A stretch of 64,000 bases of DNA from Thermoanaerobaculia bacterium. GTDB taxonomy: Bacteria; Acidobacteriota; Thermoanaerobaculia; Multivoradales; Multivoraceae. The notes under the pieces were generated by a model. The model worked only from the letters and a program-made list of their open reading frames with translations. It made no database searches and was not told where the DNA came from. The stretch is from assembly GCA_035524895.1 (NCBI GenBank), contig DATLFI010000265.1:1026-65025 (forward strand), given 5' to 3'. The stretch's first letter is position 1. Every line of letters starts with the position of its first letter. A program made the translations under genes and the position numbers. Positions 10,111 through 18,027 of the stretch are shown in pieces.

Positions 10111-10266
10111 GTCCACAGCCTCCCCAGGCAGCTTCCTCGAGATCGCATGTCGAGGTCCGAAGGTCGAGCCGGTGGCGCGACACGGGCGCGGCCCGCTCCA
10201 TTGTAGGCGGCGCGGCGGGCCTACGTCGGGCCGACACGCCGGCGATGCTGCGACCGGTTGTAAGAT

Positions 10267-10551
10267 GCTGCTAGCAGCCCGTGGTGGAACCCGCGTGAGG
10301 CTGCGCGCGGGGATCTGCGGCGGCTGGCAAGGCGTGGCCGACGAACGCGATGCGGTGCCATCGTGCAGGAGGCCCAACGCAGCCAGCGGCCGCAAACCCC
10401 CGCGCCCCAGGCGGTTGGGGCGGCGTGGGGCCATCTGCGGTGTTGCGCTCGCTCAGCGATGGACCCAGCATCGCCACCGCTCCCGCGCCTTGCATACGGC
10501 CCCACGGCGCTCCCAACGCAGCCCACGGGGGTTCCACCACGGGCTGCTAGC
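10267..10551. repeat. Full-length copy of a MITE/REP-like element: 24-bp perfect terminal inverted repeats GCTGCTAGCAGCCCGTGGTGGAACCC ... GGGTTCCACCACGGGCTGCTAGC around a ~235-bp structured core
   Basis: The terminal inverted repeats were read directly. The core (GCAAACCCCCGCGCCCCAGGCGGTTGGGGCGGCGTGGGGCC...CATCGCCACCGCTCCCGCGCC...CCCAACGCAGCCCACGGGGG) recurs at 14143-14372. It lies in the divergent intergenic region between the PQQ-ADH start and the gene at 10581. Confidence 0.7.
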
Positions 10552-10580
10552 CACTCCAGCCCTCACGCGAGGAGGTCAGC

Positions 10581-11678
10581 ATGAAGACGCGACGCGCGGT
10601 GCCGTTCGCGACGACCCTCGTCCTGGTCCTGACCGTTCCCGCTCTCGCTCGAGAGCGCGACGGCATCCCGCGCATGCCCGACGGCCGACCCGATCTCTCG
10701 GGCACCTACGACGTCTCGACGCTCACGCCGCTCGAACGCCCTCGGGAGTTCGGAGAGAACCTGTACCTGACACCGGAGCGGGCGACCGAGATCATGGAGA
10801 CGGAGCGCTTGCGCGTGCTGGACCGGGACCGGAATCGTGGTCCCATCGAGGAGGCGCCGCCGGAAGGCGGTGCGCCGCCGGTCGGGGTCGGCGACGAGTT
10901 CCGCGAGACCAGCGGCGCCGGCAACGTCGGCGGCTACAACAACTTCTGGACCGACCGCGGCACCGAGGTCTTCACCATCGACGGCAAGTTCCGCACCTCG
11001 ATCCTCGTCGAACCCAAGGACGGTCGCTATCCACCGATGACCGAGGAGGCCATCGAGCGACTGTCCCGGCGGCGCCAACTGCGTCGCCCCAACGACGGCA
11101 CGGCCTGGTGGCTCGAGGTCGACGGCCTCGGACCCTACGATGGGCCGGAGATGCTGGGCATCGCCGAGCGCTGCATTCTCGGTTTCACCGGTGCCGCGCC
11201 GACCTTTCCGAGCCTCTACAACAATTTCAAGCGACTGGTGCAGACGCCGGATCACGTGATGATCCTGATCGAGATGGTGCACGACGCGCGCGTCGTGCGG
11301 ATGAATTCCGAGCATCCGCCGGCGGACCAGCGGTTCTGGCTCGGCGACTCGATCGGCTGGTGGGAGGGCGACACGCTGGTGGTCGAGACCACCAACTTCC
11401 ATCCCCAAGGGGCGCCGCGCGGCGGGTCCGAGAACATGCGGGTGACCGAGCGCTTCAGCAGGATGGACGATGGCAACCTGCTCTACCGCTTCACGGTCGA
11501 CGATGCATCGGTGTGGACCGCGCCGTGGACCGGGGAGTACGTGTGGCGCAGCAGCGACGACAAGGTCTACGAGTACGCCTGCCACGAAGGCAACTACGCG
11601 ATGGGCAACATCCTGCGCGGGGCGCGCTTGCTCGAGGCGGAGGCGCGAGCCAAGGCGGGTCCGAGCAGCGAGGAGTAG
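10581..11678 (+). CDS. Secreted hypothetical protein (conserved-looking, family not recognised)
   Basis: ATG at 10581 with signal peptide MKTRRAVPFATTLVLVLTVPALA. Composition is non-junk throughout, with C-terminal YEYACHEGNYAMGNILRGARLLEAEA. It lies 18 nt upstream of the ankyrin gene on the same strand. Confidence 0.5.
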   Translation: MKTRRAVPFATTLVLVLTVPALARERDGIPRMPDGRPDLSGTYDVSTLTPLERPREFGENLYLTPERATEIMETERLRVLDRDRNRGPIEEAPPEGGAPPVGVGDEFRETSGAGNVGGYNNFWTDRGTEVFTIDGKFRTSILVEPKDGRYPPMTEEAIERLSRRRQLRRPNDGTAWWLEVDGLGPYDGPEMLGIAERCILGFTGAAPTFPSLYNNFKRLVQTPDHVMILIEMVHDARVVRMNSEHPPADQRFWLGDSIGWWEGDTLVVETTNFHPQGAPRGGSENMRVTERFSRMDDGNLLYRFTVDDASVWTAPWTGEYVWRSSDDKVYEYACHEGNYAMGNILRGARLLEAEARAKAGPSSEE

Positions 11679-11696
11679 ACCCGCCTCCGGCGAATA

Positions 11697-12842
11697 TTGC
11701 CGGCCGACAGGTCCTCGACCGAGCGGGGCAGGCCCGTGAGTCGTACCGAAGCACCTTCCTACCGCGCCTCGCTGGCGGAGTACGAGCTTCGGGCGGAGGC
11801 CCTGCTCGAGGACCTGCATGCCGGAGACGGCGCCGCGGCACAACGGTTCAAGTGGGAGCACCCGCGGTACCGCGACCAGCCGCTGCGCGCCGTGGATCCC
11901 GCGGAGCTCGGCCTCGATGACGCGCGGCTGGTCGTGGCGCACGAGCATGCGTTCGAGGATTGGCAGGATCTCGCACGGTTCACGGATGCGGTGCAAGCTG
12001 GCGGACCGGTCGAACGCTTCGAGCGCGCGGTCGAGTCGGTGGTCGCGGGGGACTTGGCGACCTTGCGAAGGATGCTGCACGAGCAACCAGAGCTCGTGCG
12101 GGCGCGCTCGACGCGGCGGCACCACGCGACGCTGCTGCACTACCTCGGCGCGAACGGCGTCGAGGGCGCACGGCAGTGCACGCCGCCGAACGCGGTCGAC
12201 CTCGCGAAGCTGCTGTTGAACGCCGGCGCCGAGGTCGACGCGCTGGCGGACATGTACGACGAGAGGTGCACGACCCTCAGCATGCTGGTGTCGAGCTCGC
12301 CTCCGGCGCAGGCGGGCTTGCAGGGAGCGCTCGCGGAGCTGCTCCTCGATCACGGCGCCGCGCTCGACGGCCCTGGCTCGAAGTGGCAGTCCGCGATCCT
12401 CACCGCTCTCTTGTTCGGGTTCCTCGACACGGCCCAGGTGCTGGCACGCAGAGGAGTGCGGGTGGACGACCTCGTGACGGCGGCTGGCCTCGGCCGGCGC
12501 AAGGACGCAGCCCGGCTGCTGCCGGATGCCGGCGGCGAGAGCCGCCACGCGGCGCTCGCGCTCGCGGCGCAGCTCGGTCACTTGGATGTGGTGGCGCTGC
12601 TCCTCGATGCGGGAGAGGACCCCAGCCGCTACAACCCCGAAGGCCACCACGCCCACGCGACGCCGCTGCACCAAGCCGTCTGGGCCGGACATCAGAGCGT
12701 CGTGCGCCTGCTCGTGGAGCGGGGAGCGCGGCTCGACATCCGCGACACGATCTTCGACGCCACGCCGCTCGACTGGGCGAGCTATGGTCAGCGGACAGAG
12801 ATCGCTGAGCTCTTGCGCCAGCTCGGCGCGCCGGAGCACTGA
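11697..12842 (+). CDS. Ankyrin-repeat protein (cytoplasmic)
   Basis: At least 5 ankyrin repeats, e.g. ATPLHQAVWAGHQSVVRLLVERGARLDIRD and HAALALAAQLGHLDVVALLLDAGEDP. There is no signal peptide. GTG 11736 is an alternative start. Confidence 0.65.
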   Translation: MPADRSSTERGRPVSRTEAPSYRASLAEYELRAEALLEDLHAGDGAAAQRFKWEHPRYRDQPLRAVDPAELGLDDARLVVAHEHAFEDWQDLARFTDAVQAGGPVERFERAVESVVAGDLATLRRMLHEQPELVRARSTRRHHATLLHYLGANGVEGARQCTPPNAVDLAKLLLNAGAEVDALADMYDERCTTLSMLVSSSPPAQAGLQGALAELLLDHGAALDGPGSKWQSAILTALLFGFLDTAQVLARRGVRVDDLVTAAGLGRRKDAARLLPDAGGESRHAALALAAQLGHLDVVALLLDAGEDPSRYNPEGHHAHATPLHQAVWAGHQSVVRLLVERGARLDIRDTIFDATPLDWASYGQRTEIAELLRQLGAPEH

Positions 12843-12972
12843 CAGTGTCGCGGGTAGTGGGTCAACGGACCCACTACCGTGTCGCGGGCTCGATCGGCCA
12901 CTTGGTAGGCTGCACACAAAGCGCTCCTGGTGGAGCGGCCTCGGGGCGTTGTCCCACGAGAGGGGGTGCCGG

Positions 12973-13845
12973 ATGCGACGTGAACGTCTTTGCCATCAGC
13001 GTGACTTGGTCGGGCGCTCCTTGGCGATCCGGTTCTCGAGAACATCGGCAGGGCTGGCGGCCGCGATAGCGTGCGCAGCGCTCGCGATCTCCTCCGCTTC
13101 GTTCGCGCGGCAGCCACCAGCGACGGCCACCAACGACGGGATCGCGTCGCAGCACCAGGCGATGTCGTTTCGCGCCACCGTGACCCAAGAGCTCCAGCTC
13201 GAGTACCTGTTGGCCCTGCCGAAGGGCTACGCCGAGGGCGGCGAGCGCTGGCCGCTGGTGCTCTTTCTCCACGGCGCCGGTGAGCGTGGCAGCGACCTCG
13301 CGAAGGTGGAGATCCACGGGCCGCCGAAGCTGATCGCCGCGGGGCAGCAGATCCCCGCGATCGTCGTCTCGCCGCAGTGTCCGGCGAACGAGTGGTGGAC
13401 CGCGGACACGCACCTGCTGGCGCTCGAGCGCCTGCTCGACGAGATCGTCGCGAAGTACCGCGTCGACGAGGATCGCATCTACCTCACGGGCATCTCGATG
13501 GGCGGCTACGGCACGTGGGCGCTGGCTGCGCGCCAGCCGGAGCGCTTCGCCGCGGCGGCGCCCATCTGCGGCGGCGGTAACGCGCTGCCGGCGGGGCGCC
13601 AGCTCCGCAACCTGCCGATCTGGGCCTTCCACGGGGACGCCGACCCGGTGGTGCCGGTGGCCGAGTCGCAGCGGATGGTCGATGCGGTCCGGCGCGCCGG
13701 CGGCACACTGGCGAAGATCACGATCTATCCCGGGGTCGGGCACGACTCGTGGACCCAGGCCTACGAGGACCCGGCGCTCTGGGAGTGGCTGTTCGCACAG
13801 CGTCGCAAGCAGACCGGCACACCCGCTGCGGGTGTCCGCCCTTGA
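12973..13845 (+). CDS. Secreted alpha/beta-hydrolase esterase (phospholipase/carboxylesterase / predicted-peptidase family)
   Basis: ATG at 12973: MRRERLCHQ...AAAIACAALAISSASFA signal peptide. Motifs LVLFLHGAGERGSD, nucleophile GISMGGYGTW and WAFHGDADPVVPV (Asp/His) are present. The track ORF starting at 12526 overlaps the ankyrin gene out of frame and is a spurious extension. Confidence 0.65.
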   Translation: MRRERLCHQRDLVGRSLAIRFSRTSAGLAAAIACAALAISSASFARQPPATATNDGIASQHQAMSFRATVTQELQLEYLLALPKGYAEGGERWPLVLFLHGAGERGSDLAKVEIHGPPKLIAAGQQIPAIVVSPQCPANEWWTADTHLLALERLLDEIVAKYRVDEDRIYLTGISMGGYGTWALAARQPERFAAAAPICGGGNALPAGRQLRNLPIWAFHGDADPVVPVAESQRMVDAVRRAGGTLAKITIYPGVGHDSWTQAYEDPALWEWLFAQRRKQTGTPAAGVRP

Positions 13846-13846
13846 T

Positions 13847-13894
13847 CAGGTCCCTGACTAGGTCCCTGAGTAGGTCTCTGACTAGGTCCCTGAC
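13847..13894. repeat. 12-bp direct tandem repeat x4 (TAGGTCCCTGAC-like) immediately after the esterase stop; each unit has TAG and TGA in two frames
   Basis: Sequence reads tcAGGTCCCTGAC TAGGTCCCTGAG TAGGTCTCTGAC TAGGTCCCTGAC TAGcgc. It is a perfect-period direct repeat with no inverted symmetry. Confidence 0.8.
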
Positions 13895-13912
13895 TAGCGC
13901 AGGATCTCGCGC

Positions 13913-14146
13913 GTGATCCTCGCCGCCATCGCACTCCTGGTCCTTGGCGTGGCTCTCGTCGGCTACGTCGCGAGGCAGGTGTACGGCTCTCTTCCCGGGG
14001 GAACTGTCGCGGGTCTGGGACACCTCTACCGTGGCGCGAACTTCTGGCTCGTGCTCGCCGGCATGATCGCGATCGCGGGGGGCCTCGCGCTCCTCATCGA
14101 CCTGTTGCCCGCGAGCTGGCAGTTCTGGCTGGGCGGCGCCGACTAG
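13913..14146 (+). CDS. Small (77 aa) two-TM membrane protein
   Basis: GTG start; ILAAIALLVLGVALVGYV and FWLVLAGMIAIAGGLALLIDLL are hydrophobic helices. Its stop TAG (14144-14146) is the first 3 nt of the CTAGGAGCCC repeat terminus. Confidence 0.4.
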   Translation: MILAAIALLVLGVALVGYVARQVYGSLPGGTVAGLGHLYRGANFWLVLAGMIAIAGGLALLIDLLPASWQFWLGGAD

Positions 14147-14372
14147 GAGCCCGCAAACCCCCCCCCGCGCCCCAAGGGGTTGGGGCGGCGTGGGGCCGTC
14201 TGCGTTGTTGCGCTCGCGAAGCGTGTGACCCAGCATCGCCACCGCTCCCGCGCCAACGCCGAGCCGCCGGTAGAGCCGCTGCAGGCGAAAGACCTTCCCC
14301 GCGCACCGCAGATGCATCCGGCCCCACGGCGCTCCCAACGCAGCCCACGGGGGTTCCACCACGGGCTCCTAG
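14143..14372. repeat. Second long copy of the MITE/REP-like element: termini CTAGGAGCCCG ... GGGTTCCACCACGGGCTCCTAG; core ~85-90 % identical to 10389-10551 with indels
   Basis: The core motifs are shared with copy 1. The left end is shortened to CTAGGAGCCCG. A ~60-bp insertion lies relative to copy 1 before the right terminus. Confidence 0.7.
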
Positions 14373-14466
14373 CGCCGGGCCGCACGCGGGCCGCTCCCCG
14401 AAGCTTTCATCCCGACGTCCGAATTCCGCCAGAAACCGAGGTCCGGCCGGGTCTACACTGCTCGCC

Positions 14467-16035
14467 ATGAGAACGCGGGCCATCCTTGGACGGCGGACGG
14501 AAGGCGACGAGTGGACCGAGCCAGAGCTGCGGCGGCTGGAGCGAGCGCGGCTGGCTCGCGACCCACGCTTCGACGGCACCTTTTTCATCGCAGTCGTCAC
14601 CACCGGGATCTACTGCCGCCCGGTGTGCCCGGCGACGCCGCCGAAGCCGGAGAACGTGCGCTACTACCGTTCTGCCGCAGGGGCTGCGGCCGCGGGCTTC
14701 AGGCCCTGTCTGCGCTGCCGCCCCGAGGCCTCGCCCGGCACGCCGGCATGGCTCGGCACCTCGGCTACCGTGTCGCGGGCGCTGCGGCTGATCGACGAAG
14801 GCGCTCTCGACGAGGATCGCGGCGAGCGCGACGACGGCCGGCGTCCCACCGAAGGGCTGGCGAACCGGCTCGGTCTCGGCGAGCGGCACCTGCGCCGCCT
14901 GTTCGATCGACACTTGGGCGCGTCGCCGGCGGCCGTGGCGCGCACGCGACGGGTGCATTTTGCGCGGCGTCTGCTCGAGGAGACTCCGCTGAAGATCGCG
15001 GACGTCGCCTTCGCATCGGGCTTCGGCAGCCTCCGCGCGTTCAACGAGGCGTTTCGAGCTGCCTATGGCGTCGCACCGCGGCAGGTGCGCACCCGTCGGT
15101 CCGGTGCGGGGCCGGCGCCGGCGTTCACGTTCCGGCTCGGCTATCGGCCACCAGGCGATTGGCCAGGGCTGCTCGGCTATCTCGAGCCGCGCACCATGCC
15201 CGGCGTCGAGACAGTCGAGGATGGCGCCTACCGGCGATTGATTCGCTGGCAGGGTTCGGCTGCAGTGCTGGAAGTCGCACCGGCTCCCGGCGGCAAGGGT
15301 GGCGCCCTCCAGACTCTGGAGCTTCGCCTGCACGCCGCGCGCCCAGGCGAGCCACCTTCTGCGAATCGGCTGCTGGAGCTGGTGACTCGAGTGAGGCGCA
15401 TGTTCGACCTCGGCGCGGATCCCGACGTGGTCGCGCGGACGCTGCGAGCGGATCCGCTGCTCGCGGCCAGGGTTCGCCGCTTTCCCGGAGTCCGGCTGCC
15501 GGTCGCGTGGGATCCGTTCGAGCTGGCGGTGCGCGCGATCCTCGGCCAGCAGGTCTCGGTCGCCGCGGCGACGACGCTCGCGGGTCGGCTCGTCGAGCGC
15601 TTCGGGGAGCCGGTGCCATCGAGCGATGGCGGCGTCGCGAGCGACGCATTGCACACGCTCTTCCCGACGCCGGCGCGCCTGGCCGAGGAGGACCTCGCCG
15701 TGATCGGTTTACCGCGCGCGCGCGCCGAAGCGCTGCGCGGGCTGGCGCGCGCGGTCGCCGACGGCGTGCCGGTGCTCGATGCCGGCAAGCCGCTCGACGA
15801 GCTGATCGGCGGGTTGTGCGAGCTGCCCGGCATCGGCCCTTGGACCGCGCACTATGTCGCGCTGCGCGGCCTGGGCGTGCCCGACGCGTTCCCGGCCGGC
15901 GATCTCGGCTTGCGGCGCGCGTTGCGTCGCGACTCCGGTTCGCTGCCGAGCGCCGCCGACGTTGCGTCGCGCGCCGAGGCTTGGCGGCCCTGGCGCGGGT
16001 ACGGCGCGCTGCTGTTGTGGCGGGAGGCGGCTTGA
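14467..16035 (+). CDS. alkA: AdaA-AlkA fusion: Ada Zn-binding (methylphosphotriester-repair/sensor) domain + AraC-type HTH + AlkA N-domain + HhH-GPD DNA-3-methyladenine glycosylase II
   Basis: Ada_Zn motif FFIAVVTTGIYCRPVCPATPPKPENVRYY...FRPCLRCRPE. AraC HTH ETPLKIADVAFASGFGSLRAFNEAFRAAYG. HhH-GPD segment WDPFELAVRAILGQQVSVAAATTLAGRLVERFGE...GIGPWTAHYVALRGLGVPDAFPAGD. Confidence 0.75.
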   Translation: MRTRAILGRRTEGDEWTEPELRRLERARLARDPRFDGTFFIAVVTTGIYCRPVCPATPPKPENVRYYRSAAGAAAAGFRPCLRCRPEASPGTPAWLGTSATVSRALRLIDEGALDEDRGERDDGRRPTEGLANRLGLGERHLRRLFDRHLGASPAAVARTRRVHFARRLLEETPLKIADVAFASGFGSLRAFNEAFRAAYGVAPRQVRTRRSGAGPAPAFTFRLGYRPPGDWPGLLGYLEPRTMPGVETVEDGAYRRLIRWQGSAAVLEVAPAPGGKGGALQTLELRLHAARPGEPPSANRLLELVTRVRRMFDLGADPDVVARTLRADPLLAARVRRFPGVRLPVAWDPFELAVRAILGQQVSVAAATTLAGRLVERFGEPVPSSDGGVASDALHTLFPTPARLAEEDLAVIGLPRARAEALRGLARAVADGVPVLDAGKPLDELIGGLCELPGIGPWTAHYVALRGLGVPDAFPAGDLGLRRALRRDSGSLPSAADVASRAEAWRPWRGYGALLLWREAA

Positions 16036-16100
16036 GCGACTCTCGGCGGGCTGCCGAGGGCGGGCTCCGAAAGTGGCAGAGATCTTCATCGGAGGACACC

Positions 16101-16613
16101 ATGCACCATCGAATCATCGACTCACCCATCGGTCCCCTGACTCTCGTCGGCGAAGGGGAGCGCCTGCTCGCGATCCACCTGCCGAAGCTGGGTCGAGCCG
16201 TGCCGCCGCCGCCCGATGCGGCGCTGGACGGCGGCGCGCTGGACGAAGCGGCGCGCCAACTCGGCGAGTTCTTCGCAGGTCGCCGGCGCGCGTTCGAGCT
16301 CGATCTCGATCCCCGAGGATCGGAGTTCCAACGACGCGTGTGGTTCGAGCTCGCCGAGATCGGCTACGGCGAGACGATCTCGTACGCCGAGCTGGCGCGA
16401 CGGGTCGGGCGTCCCGGCGCGGCGCGCGCGGTGGGCGCGGCGAACGGCCGCAACCCGCTGCCGATCGTGCTGCCGTGCCATCGAGTGATCGGCAGCGACG
16501 GGTCGCTGGTCGGATACGGCGGGGGATTGCCGGCGAAGCGCGTGCTGCTCGAGCTCGAGGGCGCGACCGCCGCGAAGGCTCCGGCGCAGTCGCGGCTGTC
16601 GCTGGCGTCCTGA
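16101..16613 (+). CDS. ogt: Methylated-DNA--protein-cysteine methyltransferase
   Basis: GGAGG RBS lies 7 nt upstream of ATG 16101. The active-site PCHRV motif is present in IVLPCHRVIGSDGSLVGYGGGL. It sits 65 nt downstream of adaA-alkA. The 700-aa track ORF 14511..16613 is spurious except for this tail. Confidence 0.85.
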   Translation: MHHRIIDSPIGPLTLVGEGERLLAIHLPKLGRAVPPPPDAALDGGALDEAARQLGEFFAGRRRAFELDLDPRGSEFQRRVWFELAEIGYGETISYAELARRVGRPGAARAVGAANGRNPLPIVLPCHRVIGSDGSLVGYGGGLPAKRVLLELEGATAAKAPAQSRLSLAS

Positions 16614-16752
16614 GCTGTTGACCGCGTACACTCTTGCGCTCCGCCGGGGGCGTGACCGGAGGCTCATCTCACCAGCCACGATCCCGACCGCACAGCCAAC
16701 CGCCGCCATCGGGTACCGGCCAACGACCACCGGCAATCCTCCTCCCACTGCG

Positions 16753-18027
16753 ATGGAGCCCACCCCCGAGCCGCGGCACGATGCGACCGCCGATCGCGCC
16801 TGTCTCACCGCGGTTCGCCGGCTGGTGGTCAAGGTCGGGACCCGAGTGCTATCGGCAGGCGGTCGGCGGTTCGACGAATCGCGGCTCGAAGACTTGGTCC
16901 GTCAGATCGCGCCGCTCTTGCGCGAGGGGCGCGAGGTGCTGGTGGTCAGCTCCGGCGCGGTCGGACTCGGCGCGGAGGTGCTGGGTCTCCAGGAGCCGCC
17001 GGAGCGTTTGGAGGACCGCCAGGCGTGCGCCGCGGTAGGGCAGGCGCGGCTGATGCAGCTCTACCAGGAGCGCTTCCGGCGACACGACGTGATCTGCGCT
17101 CAGGTCCTGCTCGCCGAGTCGGACCTGCACGAGCGACGCCGCTACCTCAACCTGCGCGCGACGCTGCAGAACCTCCTGCGCCGGCGCGTCGTGCCGATCC
17201 TCAACGAGAACGACACCGTCTCGGTCGACGAGCTGGTGTACCTCGAGCAGGGCACGCGACCGGTGTTCGGCGACAACGACCGGCTGTCGGCCCTGGTGGC
17301 GACCAAGCTCGATGCCGAGCTGCTGCTGATCATCACGGACGTGGGCGGCGTCTACGACCGGGATCCGAAGGCCCACCCCGACGCGCGGCTGCTCGACCGT
17401 GTCGACGATCCCGAAGCGCTCGCCGGGCTCGCCGCCGGTCCTGCCGCCTGGGGGCGAGGCGGCATGCAGACCAAGATCGAAGCGGCGCGGGTGGCGTCGC
17501 GCGCCGGCTGCCACGCGATCATCGCCTCGGGCAGCGAGCACGACCAGGTGTTGCGCGCGCTACGCGGCGAGCCGGTCGGGACGTGGTTCCCGGCCCGCGA
17601 CACGCTCGACGCGCGGCAGAGATGGATCGCGTTCGCCGCGCGTCCCGAAGCGACGCTCCATCTCGACGACGGCGCCGTACGCGCGCTGCGCGACGGCCGT
17701 CGCTCGTTGCTCGCGGCGGGCGTCGTGCGGATCGAAGGCAAGTTCCGGCGCGGCGAGGTGGTGGAGCTGCGCGCGCCCGATGGCCGGTTGGTCGGGCGCG
17801 GTATGGCCTCGTGCGACATGGAGAGCGCGCGCGCCTGGGGTGCCGAGGGACGCCGCACGGAGGAGCGCAGCGAGCAGCCGCTGGTGCGGCACGAGCGATT
17901 GGTGCTCGAGGAGTGGATGCTGCCGGCTACGGGCGCTGGCGCGGCGTCCGCGCCCGGCGTCCGAGTGCCGGCCGAGGGAACGGCGGACGCCCGTTCCGTC
18001 GAGTCGCCGCTGGGGGAACGATCATGA
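16753..18027 (+). CDS. proB: Glutamate 5-kinase (amino-acid kinase + PUA domain) with ~50-aa C-terminal extension
   Basis: VVKVGTRVLSAGGRRFDESRLEDLVRQIAPLLREGREVLVVSSGAVGLG, with PUA motif GEVVELRAPDGRLVGRGMASCD. The start is taken at MEPTPEPRHD (ATG 16753). The stop overlaps the proA start as ATGA. Confidence 0.8.
   Translation: MEPTPEPRHDATADRACLTAVRRLVVKVGTRVLSAGGRRFDESRLEDLVRQIAPLLREGREVLVVSSGAVGLGAEVLGLQEPPERLEDRQACAAVGQARLMQLYQERFRRHDVICAQVLLAESDLHERRRYLNLRATLQNLLRRRVVPILNENDTVSVDELVYLEQGTRPVFGDNDRLSALVATKLDAELLLIITDVGGVYDRDPKAHPDARLLDRVDDPEALAGLAAGPAAWGRGGMQTKIEAARVASRAGCHAIIASGSEHDQVLRALRGEPVGTWFPARDTLDARQRWIAFAARPEATLHLDDGAVRALRDGRRSLLAAGVVRIEGKFRRGEVVELRAPDGRLVGRGMASCDMESARAWGAEGRRTEERSEQPLVRHERLVLEEWMLPATGAGAASAPGVRVPAEGTADARSVESPLGERS

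Noticed and set aside
12526-12972. Esterase ORF N-extension overlapping the ankyrin gene
   Set aside because: It is the out-of-frame reading of the ankyrin gene (Ala/Arg-rich). The esterase signal peptide begins at ATG 12973.
14511-16613. 700-aa ORF over the adaA-alkA region
   Set aside because: It is an out-of-frame R-rich read-through of alkA. Only the last 170 aa (ogt, from ATG 16101 with GGAGG RBS) are real.
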